The notes beneath the pieces are model-generated. The model saw only the letters and a program-made list of their open reading frames with translations. It did not search any database and had not been told where the DNA came from. Shown here one piece after another: positions 29,554-39,182 of a stretch of DNA of 64,000 nt. This stretch comes from Brevirhabdus sp. (lineage in GTDB: Bacteria; Pseudomonadota; Alphaproteobacteria; Rhodobacterales; Rhodobacteraceae), in assembly GCA_047518005.1 (NCBI GenBank), contig JAKZRT010000011.1, positions 3,701-67,700 on the forward strand. The letters are read 5' to 3'. The first letter of the stretch is position 1. Each line of letters begins with the position of its first letter. The translations under genes and the position numbers were made by a program.

Positions 29554-30336
29554 TCAAATCGAGAAGAAAATCCCTGTTAGCAGATAGTTAGAGGCCAATA
29601 TTAAGACCGATGCCGAGACCACGGCATTGGTCGTGGCGCGCCCGACACCGCGCGCGCCGCGTCCCGAATGCATGCCGTGGTAACACCCCATCAGCGCCAC
29701 GATGAACCCAAAGACCGCCGCCTTGATCAGCCCCGAGGTAACATCGGCGATTTCCAGAAAATCGGCGGTGTTCTGCAAATAGGTGGACCCATTGAACCCC
29801 AGCCGCGTCACGCCCACCAGATAACCGCCCATGATGCCAATGATGTCGCCGACAAAGGCCAGCGCGGGCATCGCCAGCGTGGCCGCCAAAACACGGGGAA
29901 CTGTGAGGTATTTCATGGGGTTGGTGGACAAAGTTACCAGCGCGTCGATCTGCTCGGTCACTTTCATCGTACCAATCTCGGCGGCAATTGACGCGCCCAC
30001 GCGGCCCGCAACCATCAGCCCGCCTAGCACCGGCCCCAACTCGCGCACCATGGCGATGGCCACGACCGAGGGCACCACCGCCTCGGCCGAGAACCGCGCA
30101 CCTCCGTCAAAGATCTGCAAGGCCAGCGCGCCGCCGGTGAAAAGTGCTGTCAGGCCGACCACTGGAAGGCTGAAATATCCAATGTGCAAAAGCGCATGCA
30201 CGAATTCCTTAAAGTAGAAAGGCGGGCGCAGCAGGTGGCTGACCGCGTCGACGCCATAAAGCGTCACCCGCCCGATCGCCGCCACCAGCACCAGCGTCGA
30301 GCGGCCGATGGCGGCAAGGACGGCGACGGGGTTCAT
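29554..30336 (-). CDS. mlaE: Mla-type ABC transporter permease
   Basis: 260 aa that reads as an MlaE-family polytopic permease. The ATG at 30336 overlaps the alr stop (ATGA). The last ~15 codons switch to AT-rich usage. Confidence 0.85.
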   Translation of the reverse strand: MNPVAVLAAIGRSTLVLVAAIGRVTLYGVDAVSHLLRPPFYFKEFVHALLHIGYFSLPVVGLTALFTGGALALQIFDGGARFSAEAVVPSVVAIAMVRELGPVLGGLMVAGRVGASIAAEIGTMKVTEQIDALVTLSTNPMKYLTVPRVLAATLAMPALAFVGDIIGIMGGYLVGVTRLGFNGSTYLQNTADFLEIADVTSGLIKAAVFGFIVALMGCYHGMHSGRGARGVGRATTNAVVSASVLILASNYLLTGIFFSI

Positions 30337-31382
30337 TGCACGCGCCCGACATAGCGTCGGTCGTAACGCGCCCCGAGCGCCGTCAGCACCTCGTAACCGA
30401 TTGTCCCTGCCGCTTCGGCCAGCACATCGACGCCTTGCGAAGGGCCCAGAATTTCAACCGTGTCCGGCACGCGCTCCAGATCGCTGACATCGACGGTCAG
30501 AAGGTCCATCGACACCCGACCAACCAGCGGACAGGCCAGACCATCGGCAAAAACCCGGGCCGACGCGCCCATGGCACGGATCAGACCGTCGGCGTAACCG
30601 GCGGCCACCGTCGCAATTCGCGCCGGCGCTGGCGCTGTCCATGCGTTGGCATAGCCCACGGTCTCGCCGGTCTCGACCTCGCGTACCTGGATCACCGGCA
30701 GGTTCAGCGTGACAACAGTCCGGGCCTCGGTGAAGGGCAGGCCGCCATAAAGGCCGACGCCGGGTCGCGTCAGGTCAAAGTGATACTCCTCGCCCAGCAA
30801 AATACCCGCCGTTGCCGCCAGCGACCGGGGCACGGCGGTGTCGTCGGTCATGGCCCGGAAGGTCGCCAGTTGCCGGGCGTTCATTGGGTGGTCAGGGGTG
30901 TCGGCGCAGGCCAGGTGGCTGATGATCAGGTCCGGCCCGGCCTCCAGCGCGGTGCGGGCAACGGCCGTCCATTCCCCGGGTTCCATGCCCAGCCGGTTCA
31001 TGCCGGTGTCCAGCTGAATGCCAAACGCCGCCGATGAAAGCGATTCGAAGTGCCGCGTCAATTGCGCGATGGAATTCAAAACCGGCACCAGTCCGAGATC
31101 GCTGATGGTATCGGTATCGCCCGCCATATGGCCCGCAAAGACGAATATTTCCGGATCGGGTCCGATGCCCTGACGCAGACCGGCACCTTCTTCCACGGTG
31201 GCCACAAAAAAGCGCCGCGCACCGGCTGCGGCCAGTGCCCGACCAACCCGGCCCGCGCCCAGCCCGTATCCGTCGGCCTTGACCACAGCGCCGGTCTGGA
31301 CCGCCGTGTCCGACCGCTGGTCAAGCGCGCGCCAGTTCGCGCAGATCGCGTCGAGGTCGATTGTCAGGGTGCCACGGGCCAT
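30333..31382 (-). CDS. alr: Alanine racemase
   Basis: [20 protein letters not shown]..., the PLP-lysine region [11 protein letters not shown] and alanine racemase C-terminal domain features. ATG verified at 31382. Confidence 0.9.
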   Translation of the reverse strand: MARGTLTIDLDAICANWRALDQRSDTAVQTGAVVKADGYGLGAGRVGRALAAAGARRFFVATVEEGAGLRQGIGPDPEIFVFAGHMAGDTDTISDLGLVPVLNSIAQLTRHFESLSSAAFGIQLDTGMNRLGMEPGEWTAVARTALEAGPDLIISHLACADTPDHPMNARQLATFRAMTDDTAVPRSLAATAGILLGEEYHFDLTRPGVGLYGGLPFTEARTVVTLNLPVIQVREVETGETVGYANAWTAPAPARIATVAAGYADGLIRAMGASARVFADGLACPLVGRVSMDLLTVDVSDLERVPDTVEILGPSQGVDVLAEAAGTIGYEVLTALGARYDRRYVGRVQ

Positions 31383-31433
31383 GTGGGTGGTTTTCCTGCA
31401 TGCGGGCTCAAGGTCAAGGGGCAACAGACCGCC

Positions 31434-32936
31434 CTATTCGAACCCACCGGGTGGCCGCGCCTGCCACGGCTTGGCCAGATTGCCGAACCGCGTGAACCGG
31501 CCCTCGAAGCTGAGCTCGACCGAACCTATGGGCCCGTGGCGCTGTTTGCCGATGATGACCTCGGCCTTGCCGTGGATCGCCGCCATCATCTCCTGCCATT
31601 CGGCCATCGCCTCAAGGTCGTGGTCGCCGGGCTTTTCGCGTTCGCGGTAATATTCTTCGCGGAAGATAAACATCACCACATCGGCGTCCTGTTCGATCGA
31701 ACCCGATTCGCGCAGATCGGAAAGCTGGGGCCGCTTGTCTTCGCGGTTTTCGACCTGCCGCGAGAGCTGGCTGAGGGCCAGCACCGGAATATCCAGCTCT
31801 TTGGCGATGGCTTTCAAACCCTGGGTAATCTCGCTGACCTCATTGACGCGGTTGTCCTTGGCTGACGCGGGGCGCACAAGCTGAAGATAATCGACGATCA
31901 AAAGATCCAGCCCATGCGTGCGTTTCAGCCGCCGCGCCCGCGCCGCCAGCTGGCTGATCGGCAGCGCCGGTGTGTCGTCGATATAAAGCGGGCAGGCCTC
32001 AAGGGTTTTGGCGGCCTCGACAAAGCGCCGAAACTCGCCCTCGGTCATGTCGCCGCGCCGGATCTGGTCCGACGGCACCTGGGATGCCTCGGACAGGACC
32101 CGCGCCGCCAGCTGTTCGGCGCTCATCTCGAGGCTGAAAAACCCGACCACGCCGCCGTTGACCGCGCCTTCGGTCCCATCGGGCAGCGCGCCGCGCTGAT
32201 AGGCCTTGGCCACCGCAAACCCGATGTTGGTCGCAAGTGCTGTTTTGCCCATCGAAGGGCGTCCGGCCAAAATCAGCAGGTCGGACCGGTGCAGCCCGCC
32301 CAGTTTGCGGTCGATATCGCTGAAGCCGGTTGCCAGACCGGCCAGACCACCATCGCGCTGGAAGGCGGCGTTGGCGACGTTCACCGCGTCGGTCACCGCC
32401 TTCAGGAACGACTGAAACCCGCTGTCGGTCACACCAGCCTCGGAAAGCTTGTAAAGCGCCGCTTCGGCCTCGACGATCTGCGCGGCAGGCTCGCTTTCGA
32501 CCTCGACCCGCGCCGCCTTGGCCGAAATATCGCGCCCCAGCCCGATCAGTTCACGCCGGATCGCCAGGTCATAGATCATCTGGGCATAGTCGCGCACCGC
32601 AAAGGCCGATATGGCCGCCCCCGCCAGGCGCGCCAGATAGGCGGGTCCGCCCAGTTCGGCCAGACCTTCGTCGTCTTCGAAGAAGGCCTTCAGCGTGACC
32701 GGCGAGGCCAGCGCGTTTTTCTGGATGCGCGCCGCCGCGACTTCGTAAATCTGTGCGTGTACCGGGTCAAAGAAATGCGCCGGTTTGATGATCGACGCGA
32801 CCCGATCGTACAGATCGTTGTTGGTCAGGATCGCGCCCAACAGCTGTTGCTCGGCTTCGATATTGTGGGGCTGGGTTTCAGCCTCCTGTGCCTCGGCCGC
32901 TGCCCCGCCGCCCGAAATTGCCGCAATCGTATTCAT
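31434..32936 (-). CDS. dnaB: Replicative DNA helicase
   Basis: 500 aa with PHNIEAEQQLLGAIL, Walker A (GRPSMGKTALA) and DnaB C-terminal motifs. ATG verified at 32936. Confidence 0.95.
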   Translation of the reverse strand: MNTIAAISGGGAAAEAQEAETQPHNIEAEQQLLGAILTNNDLYDRVASIIKPAHFFDPVHAQIYEVAAARIQKNALASPVTLKAFFEDDEGLAELGGPAYLARLAGAAISAFAVRDYAQMIYDLAIRRELIGLGRDISAKAARVEVESEPAAQIVEAEAALYKLSEAGVTDSGFQSFLKAVTDAVNVANAAFQRDGGLAGLATGFSDIDRKLGGLHRSDLLILAGRPSMGKTALATNIGFAVAKAYQRGALPDGTEGAVNGGVVGFFSLEMSAEQLAARVLSEASQVPSDQIRRGDMTEGEFRRFVEAAKTLEACPLYIDDTPALPISQLAARARRLKRTHGLDLLIVDYLQLVRPASAKDNRVNEVSEITQGLKAIAKELDIPVLALSQLSRQVENREDKRPQLSDLRESGSIEQDADVVMFIFREEYYREREKPGDHDLEAMAEWQEMMAAIHGKAEVIIGKQRHGPIGSVELSFEGRFTRFGNLAKPWQARPPGGFE

Positions 32937-33115
32937 CTCTGCCCCGCATCCCTAAACCGGGTATGTCTGATCGTTGAATTTCAGGCAATCTGGAAATCCC
33001 TGTGGACAGCCTGTGCATAGTTGGTTTTTCGCAACATAGCGCGGTCTCACGCCCAAGTGTACCTATATCTTGGGGGTCAGAGGGATCAGCGCTCGCCAAA
33101 AAAAGTTGCGCAAAC

Positions 33116-33805
33116 CTATCCTGTCTGACCGCCGCCGCGCGCCTCCTGCCAGGCGCGGGGTGCGCCGAGAAAGCTTTCGACCTCGGCCAGGGTTGTGTGC
33201 GCGAAGGCGGCGCTGGTGCGCGCCTCGGCCAGCACATCCCACCACGTGCAGAGCGAGATCAGTTTAACCCCATGATCGCCCAAAGTTTTCTCGGTCTCGG
33301 GAAAAATGCCATAGTAAAAGATCACCGCTGTCCAACCGCAGGTCGCGCCGGTTTCGCGGATTGCATCGACAAAACTCACCTTGGATCCACCGTCAGTGGT
33401 CAGATCTTCGACCAGCAACACCCGCTGGCCTGCGGTCATCACGCCCTCGATTCGCGCATTGCGGCCATGGCCTTTGGATTTCTTCCTGACATACGTCATC
33501 GGCAGGCCAAGCCGCTCGGCCACCAGCGCCGCAAACGGGATGCCGGCGGTTTCGCCGCCTGCAATGTTATCAAAGGCCTCGAACCCTGCCTCGCGCATGA
33601 TCGTCACGGCCATGAAATCCATCAGCGTTGACCGGATGCGCGGGTACGAGATCAGCTTGCGGCAATCGATATAGGTTGGCGACGGCAGGCCCGAGGCCAG
33701 GATGAACGGGTCCTCGGGGCGGAAATGCACCGCCTCGATCTCCAGCAACATCCGCGCGGTCAGCCGCGCAATTTCAGACTTTTCGGGAAAGCCAGACGGA
33801 ATCAT
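33116..33805 (-). CDS. pyrE: Orotate phosphoribosyltransferase
   Basis: PRPP-binding motif [16 protein letters not shown] verified at 33805, immediately after pyrC. Confidence 0.9.
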   Translation of the reverse strand: MIPSGFPEKSEIARLTARMLLEIEAVHFRPEDPFILASGLPSPTYIDCRKLISYPRIRSTLMDFMAVTIMREAGFEAFDNIAGGETAGIPFAALVAERLGLPMTYVRKKSKGHGRNARIEGVMTAGQRVLLVEDLTTDGGSKVSFVDAIRETGATCGWTAVIFYYGIFPETEKTLGDHGVKLISLCTWWDVLAEARTSAAFAHTTLAEVESFLGAPRAWQEARGGGQTG

Positions 33806-33857
33806 GCCGCGTCCCTTCTCCTTGGTGGTAAATATCCCCGCCGGAGCCATGAAATTA

Positions 33858-34892
33858 TCATTCCCCGACGCTCCAGTTCAACGCAAAGCCCGGATCAAAG
33901 ACCGTCACCGGGCCGTCGCCGGTGTCGATTTTGTCGGGATAAGTTGGTGGTGTCCTGTTCAGTGTTATCCGCGCCTCGTTGACGGGCAGCCGATAAAACG
34001 CCGGACCATTGACTGACGTAAAGGCCTCGAGCCGGTCGAGCGCACCCTCGTCCTCGAACACCTGCGCCAGACACGACAGTGAATTAGTGGCCGTGAAACA
34101 GCCCGCGCACCCGCAAGTGCTTTCTTTCAGCGGGTCGACATGCGGCGCACTGTCAGTGCCCAGAAAGAACGACCCGTCACCGCTGGTCGCGGCGCGGCGC
34201 AGGGCCTGACGGTGTTTCTCGCGCTTGGCCACCGGCAGGCAGTAATAATGCGGCCGGATGCCCCCGACCAGAAGGTGGTTGCGGTTGATGATCAGGTGAT
34301 GCGTGGTGATCGTTGCCCCCAGGTCGTCACCGCCCGAAGCCACATAATCCGCCGCCTCGCGGGTGGTCAAATGTTCCATCACCACCCGCAATCCGGGTGT
34401 GGCACGGCGGATCGGGTCCAGCACCCGATCGATGAAAACCGCCTCGCGGTCGAAAATGTCGATCTCGGGGTCGGTCACCTCGCCGTGGACACACAACGGA
34501 CAGCCGATCTCGGCCATCCGCTCCAGAACGCCGCGGACCCGGTCAAAGTCACGCACACCCAAGGCCGAATTGGTGGTGGCCCCGGCGGGGTAAAGCTTGA
34601 CCGCCTTGATCAGGCCGCTGGCGTGGGCCGCCGCCACATCGGCCGGATCGGTGGTTTCGGTCAAATAGAGCGTCATCAACGGCTGAAACGTCATGCCGTC
34701 GGGCAGGGCGCGCAAGATACGGTTGCGGTAGGCTGCCGCCTGAGCGCCGGTCACGACCGGCGGCACCAGATTGGGCATGATAATGGCGCGGGCAAAGTGG
34801 CGCGCGGTCTCAACCAGCACCGCCGTCAAGACCGCCCCATCGCGCAGATGCAGGTGCCAGTCGTCGGGGCGGCGGATCGTCAGCGTCTCCAT
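33858..34892 (-). CDS. pyrC: Dihydroorotase (homodimeric type)
   Basis: 344 aa with [10 protein letters not shown] and downstream metal ligands. ATG verified at 34892. Confidence 0.9.
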   Translation of the reverse strand: METLTIRRPDDWHLHLRDGAVLTAVLVETARHFARAIIMPNLVPPVVTGAQAAAYRNRILRALPDGMTFQPLMTLYLTETTDPADVAAAHASGLIKAVKLYPAGATTNSALGVRDFDRVRGVLERMAEIGCPLCVHGEVTDPEIDIFDREAVFIDRVLDPIRRATPGLRVVMEHLTTREAADYVASGGDDLGATITTHHLIINRNHLLVGGIRPHYYCLPVAKREKHRQALRRAATSGDGSFFLGTDSAPHVDPLKESTCGCAGCFTATNSLSCLAQVFEDEGALDRLEAFTSVNGPAFYRLPVNEARITLNRTPPTYPDKIDTGDGPVTVFDPGFALNWSVGE

Positions 34893-35070
34893 GCTCGCCG
34901 ATTACCGAATAACGGGGCCGATGGCCACCCGCGCGGTTTCGATCACGAATCAGATGGTGGCTAAGCTATTTTGAGGTGACCAGACGCGGCCAGGTAAAGG
35001 CGATACCGCGTTCGACCAGCTTTGCCTGGGCGTCGCGCAACCCGTCGTGAAAGCGCCGCCGGTTCAGCCG

Positions 35071-35940
35071 TTAAACCGCGTTGCGGCACAAAAGCGCCGC
35101 CAGATAGGGCCGGTCCGCAGCCTCGATCGTATCAAGAAGCCGGCGCAGATAGGTCGCGTGCTCGCGCCGCCGCCGGTAGAGAGTATAGAAACTGGCGCGG
35201 GTCAAACGCCCGTCGCCGGCAAGCTCGATCAGTTCCTGCAGAACGCCCATGTGGTCGAATTCCGCCTCGATCCGGCCGCCCATATGCGGGCAGGGAAGGA
35301 TCTCGGCGGGCGCACGGTCAAAAAGGCTCGCGTGCATCGCGTCAAACATCTCGTGCGGGTCGTAAACGACGAATGCCTGGCGTGCGCCTTCGATCATATC
35401 CGGGGCAAACCCATAGCGGGTCTCGAAATCCAATCGGCGCTTGTCGCGAAAGCGCGGCTCCCATGGACAGCGTGTCGCACTCAGGCTGGCCACCGGCTGG
35501 ATCGCCAGAACGGTTGCACCCGGTGCCGCCACCGAAAATGCCGTGGCCCCGTAGCCGCCCATTTCCGAGCCATAAAAAACGACCCGGTCGAAATCCTCGA
35601 AAAATCCGTCGTCGACCAGCCGGTCGAAATAGCCATAGACCGACCGGTCGCGGTACCAGGTATCGCCGTGCGCCAGCAGGCAAAGATGTGACCATTCCCG
35701 GTCAGCAGCCAGTTGAAAGCCGATCGGATGCCCGGCCGGATTGGCCAAACGCACCTGATCAAGCTCTTCAAAACTGACAACCAGCACTGCTGGGCTGCGG
35801 TCGATGAAAATGGCTGAATGGTCGGGGCCAACGGGCTCAAAATACCCGTCATCTTCGGCAATTTCCTCGACGCGGCCCAGCCAGACGTCGCGCGCAAGGC
35901 CGCCGAGCGGTTCGGTCAGCATGTCGGTGGCAAGGGTCAT
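35071..35940 (-). CDS. Conserved hypothetical protein
   Basis: 289-aa ORF with host-like codon usage and a plausible globular composition. ATG verified at 35940. I cannot place it in a family. Confidence 0.6.
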   Translation of the reverse strand: MTLATDMLTEPLGGLARDVWLGRVEEIAEDDGYFEPVGPDHSAIFIDRSPAVLVVSFEELDQVRLANPAGHPIGFQLAADREWSHLCLLAHGDTWYRDRSVYGYFDRLVDDGFFEDFDRVVFYGSEMGGYGATAFSVAAPGATVLAIQPVASLSATRCPWEPRFRDKRRLDFETRYGFAPDMIEGARQAFVVYDPHEMFDAMHASLFDRAPAEILPCPHMGGRIEAEFDHMGVLQELIELAGDGRLTRASFYTLYRRRREHATYLRRLLDTIEAADRPYLAALLCRNAV

Positions 35941-36206
35941 CGCCCGGGCTCCGGGGACGAACCAGGCGGGCAGTCAACGCCCGTGGCGACCGCCAAATCG
36001 ATCGAGAATTTGGAATACTCATACATCTTACACAGCCCTTGCATTTAAATAGCCACGGGTAGGCGCACAAAACAAGGGTTGATGGGCCTATAAATTATGG
36101 GCTTGATGTCCGATTGGCGACGATCGTCATGGGTTTGGGGTCATTGATGCACCCTTGCGAACAATTTGGCGGTCTGCGGGCATTTGCCGGGCACCGAAAT
36201 TCAGTT

Positions 36207-37205
36207 ATGAACCCAGACGAACGGAGCTGCTCCTTGTCTGACATTGCCGAGAAAATCCCCGAAACCGCGCTTGACTGGCATCGGTCCGGGCAGGGCGCGG
36301 CGCTGGCCACGGTGGTCGAGACCTGGGGCTCCGCCCCCCGACCCGTGGGTGCCCAACTTGCCGTTTCCGGCGCTGGCGCGATTGTCGGGTCGGTTTCGGG
36401 CGGCTGTGTCGAGGGCGCGGTGGTGATCGAGGCGCAGGAAACGCTGGCTGACGGCCAGACTCGCCTGCTGGAATTCGGTGTGAGCGACGATCAGGCCTTC
36501 GCGGTCGGTCTGGCCTGCGGCGGGAGCATCCGGGTGATGGTCGAACCGGTGGGCCAGGCCCTGCCTGCTGACCTGCTGGAAACGCTGACCGAGGCCCGCG
36601 CGGCGCGCACTCCGGTGGCCTATGTCGTCCAGACCAAAACCTGGACCCGGCGTTTGGCGGGCGTTGAGGATTTTCCTGACCGCTTCGCCCGCGACAAATC
36701 CGGGTTCGAAGACGATGGCGCGACCTTCATCGGAATTCACAACCCGCCGCTGCGCATGGCCATTGTGGGCGCGGGGCATGTCGCCCAGCCCCTGTCGTCG
36801 ATGGCGCTGCTTGCCGGCTACGACGTCACGATCATCGACCCGCGCGAGGCCTTTGCGACCAGCACACGATTTCCGGACCTGAAAATCAGCCACGATTGGC
36901 CCGATGCCGCCCTCTCTGCGCACGGTCTGGACAGTCGCACAGCCCTTGTAACACTGGCCCACGACCCCAAGATTGACGATCCCGCGATCATCGCGGCGCT
37001 CAATTCTCAGGTGTTTTATATCGGCAGCCTCGGGTCTTCGCGGACCCATGCCAAACGGGTCGAACGGCTGCGTGCGGCAGGGATCGACGACGCGGGTATC
37101 GCCCGCATTCACGGGCCTGTGGGTCTGGACATCAAAGGCCGGTCACCGGCCGAGATTGCCATATCAATCATGGCGGAAATCACGCAGGTGATGAGGGCTG
37201 GATGA
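36207..37205 (+). CDS. XdhC/CoxI-family molybdoenzyme maturation accessory protein
   Basis: ALATVVETWGSAPRPVGAQLAV...GSVSGGCVEGAV N-terminal domain plus a Rossmann-like C-terminal domain (MAIVGAGHVAQ). Start chosen at the ATG at 36207, since the track begins at a TTG at 36114. Confidence 0.8.
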   Translation: MNPDERSCSLSDIAEKIPETALDWHRSGQGAALATVVETWGSAPRPVGAQLAVSGAGAIVGSVSGGCVEGAVVIEAQETLADGQTRLLEFGVSDDQAFAVGLACGGSIRVMVEPVGQALPADLLETLTEARAARTPVAYVVQTKTWTRRLAGVEDFPDRFARDKSGFEDDGATFIGIHNPPLRMAIVGAGHVAQPLSSMALLAGYDVTIIDPREAFATSTRFPDLKISHDWPDAALSAHGLDSRTALVTLAHDPKIDDPAIIAALNSQVFYIGSLGSSRTHAKRVERLRAAGIDDAGIARIHGPVGLDIKGRSPAEIAISIMAEITQVMRAG

Positions 37206-37264
37206 TCGGCGACATATGGAATGACTTCAGAACCTTGCCGCTTTGAGTTCAGTGCTGGGTCACA

Positions 37265-37588
37265 GTGGTATTGGTGCCGGTCAATTTCGTACCGCTGGCT
37301 TTTCTGGACCAACCGGGTGCCTGGCTGGTCACATCTTTGGCCATTGGCGGTATCGCCCCCAACATAGTGATAATGTTCGCAAAACGCGGGTTTCCCAGCA
37401 TCATGGCGATCCCGCATCTGATCTTCTGGTTGCCACTGATCGCGGTGCTCGGCTGGCTGATCACCCGGGGCCAGGGCAGCGATGCTTGGCTGAGTGTTTT
37501 GTGGCTGCTGCTGGTCATAGACGTCATCTCGCTCGGATTTGTCACGCGCGATTTCCGGCACTGGATGCTGGGCGTTCACAGCCGGTAA
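37265..37588 (+). CDS. Small hydrophobic membrane protein (about 3 TM), hypothetical
   Basis: GTG start, coding-like third-position GC and clear TM segments. The competing antisense ORF 37109..37579 has a non-protein-like Gln/Asp/His/Pro-rich composition. Confidence 0.5.
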   Translation: MVLVPVNFVPLAFLDQPGAWLVTSLAIGGIAPNIVIMFAKRGFPSIMAIPHLIFWLPLIAVLGWLITRGQGSDAWLSVLWLLLVIDVISLGFVTRDFRHWMLGVHSR

Positions 37589-37632
37589 AAATACCTGATT
37601 ACAGTATGTTGTCCGGCGCAGCTAATGAAAAA

Positions 37633-38175
37633 TTACTTGCTCGGCCCGATCATCATGATCATCTGCCGGCCTTCCATCTTGGGCATGTTCTCGATCTTGC
37701 CAAGATCGACCACGTCGTCGGCCACCCGCTCCAAAAGTTCGCGCCCGAGGTTCAAGTGCGCCATCTCGCGTCCGCGAAACCGCAGCGTCACCTTGACCTT
37801 GTCGCCGTTTTCCAGAAACCGGAACACGTTGCGCATCTTGACGTCGTAATCGTGGGTGTCGGTGTTGGGGCGAAACTTGACCTCTTTGACCTCGATGATC
37901 TTCTGCTTCTTGCGGGCCTCGGATTCGCGTTTTTGGGTTTCGTACTTGTATTTGCCGAAATCCATGATCTTACAGACCGGCGGGTCGGCATTGGGCGAAA
38001 TTTCGACCAGGTCAAGCCCGACCTCTTCGGCCATCTCGATTCCCACTTGCGGAGTGACCACACCGGCGTTTTCGCCTTCTGCCCCGATGAGCCTGATTTC
38101 GGTTGCCCTGATCTTTTCGTTGACGCGCGGTCCGGTGTCACGGGTTGGCGGGGCGTTGTGTGGTCTGCGGGCTAT
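37633..38175 (-). CDS. infC: Translation initiation factor IF-3, non-canonical ATA start
   Basis: The ORF track reports only 37633..38061. The upstream frame stays open and reads (ATA)[39 protein letters not shown], which is the conserved IF-3 N-domain. AAGGA lies 8 nt upstream of the ATA at 38175. Confidence 0.85.
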   Translation of the reverse strand: MARRPHNAPPTRDTGPRVNEKIRATEIRLIGAEGENAGVVTPQVGIEMAEEVGLDLVEISPNADPPVCKIMDFGKYKYETQKRESEARKKQKIIEVKEVKFRPNTDTHDYDVKMRNVFRFLENGDKVKVTLRFRGREMAHLNLGRELLERVADDVVDLGKIENMPKMEGRQMIMMIGPSK

Positions 38176-38237
38176 GGTCGCTATCCTTAAAAGGTTTCAG
38201 GTGGCGGCAAACTATATAGGCAACGCGCGGCTTTCAA

Positions 38238-38262
38238 CCCGCCAAAAGACAATTTTGGCGGG
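38238..38262 (-). terminator. Perfect 10-bp hairpin after fpr (end of the sulfur operon), upstream of infC
   Basis: CCCGCCAAAA-GACAA-TTTTGGCGGG. On the minus strand it is followed by UUGAAAG (short U tract). It is symmetric, so it can fold in either orientation. Confidence 0.45.
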
Positions 38263-38309
38263 GGTCGTGGTTTGGCAATTCGCGGTGCGTATCGGGGGGC
38301 CTGCTGCGG

Positions 38310-39122
38310 TCAGCCCACAAAGGCTTTTTCCACCACATAATGTTTGGGGTCTGAATTCGCGCCTTCCGCCAGGCCGAGGCCTTCCAGGATCGCCTTCATA
38401 TCGGTGTTCAGCCCGATTGACCCGCAGACCATGGCGCGGTCATTTTCGGCACCAAAGTCCTTGATACCCAGTTCGTCAAACAGCGACCCGCCCTGCAATT
38501 TAAGCGTAACGCGCCCCATCCTGTCGCTTTTCTGCCGGGTGGTTGTCGGTAAATATGTCAGCTTGTCGCCCACAAATTCACCGATCAGCGGGTCCGCTGC
38601 CAAACCAGCCACCAGATCGCGCGAATAGGTCAGCTCGGCGACATCGCGGCAGGTGTGGGTGACGATCACCCGGTCAAAGCGCTCGTAGGTTTCGGGGTCG
38701 CGCAAGAGCGAGGCAAAGGGCGCAAACCCGGTGCCGGTCGCGAAAAGCCAAAGCCGCTTGCCGGGCAGCAGCGCGTCGTGCACCAGCGTGCCGACCGGTT
38801 TGAGACGCAAAATCACCTGATCACCGGGTTCGATATGCTGAAGCTTTGATGTCAGCGGCCCGTCGGGCACTTTGATCGAATAGAACTCAAGCTCGTCGTC
38901 CCAACTGGGCGAAGCGATGGAATAGGCCCGCAACAGCGGCTTGCCGGTGTCGCCCAATAGCCCGATCATCACAAATTCGCCGGACCGGAACCGCAAGCTT
39001 GCGGGCCGCGTGGTGCGGAACGAAAACAATCGGTCGGTGTAATGGCGCACCTGGGTGACGGTTTGCGCGTCGGGCAGGGCGGGCTTGGCTTTTGTTTCAG
39101 GCATGGTGGTCATCTGGTTCAT
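38310..39122 (-). CDS. fpr: Ferredoxin--NADP+ reductase (bacterial Fpr type)
   Basis: 270 aa with the FAD motif RAYSIAS and an NADP-binding region (LWLFATGTGFAPF). ATG verified at 39122. Confidence 0.9.
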   Translation of the reverse strand: MNQMTTMPETKAKPALPDAQTVTQVRHYTDRLFSFRTTRPASLRFRSGEFVMIGLLGDTGKPLLRAYSIASPSWDDELEFYSIKVPDGPLTSKLQHIEPGDQVILRLKPVGTLVHDALLPGKRLWLFATGTGFAPFASLLRDPETYERFDRVIVTHTCRDVAELTYSRDLVAGLAADPLIGEFVGDKLTYLPTTTRQKSDRMGRVTLKLQGGSLFDELGIKDFGAENDRAMVCGSIGLNTDMKAILEGLGLAEGANSDPKHYVVEKAFVG

Positions 39123-39182
39123 GCGTAATCGGCGGCATTCCGCCCCTTCTAACGACTGCGTTTGTCGGTGAGAAGCCCCGGA

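Noticed and set aside
33086-33115. T7 run after pyrE (AGGTTTGCGCAACTTTTTTT on the minus strand) as an intrinsic terminator
   Set aside because: The preceding sequence can form only about 3 bp of stem (GUU/AAC) around the TTGCGCAA palindrome. That is not a credible hairpin, though it may still be a protein-binding palindrome or a weak terminator.
37109-37579. 156-aa minus-strand ORF overlapping the small membrane-protein gene
   Set aside because: It has a Gln/Asp/His/Pro-rich composition that is not protein-like and overlaps the xdhC-family 3' end. The plus-strand frame gives clean TM helices.
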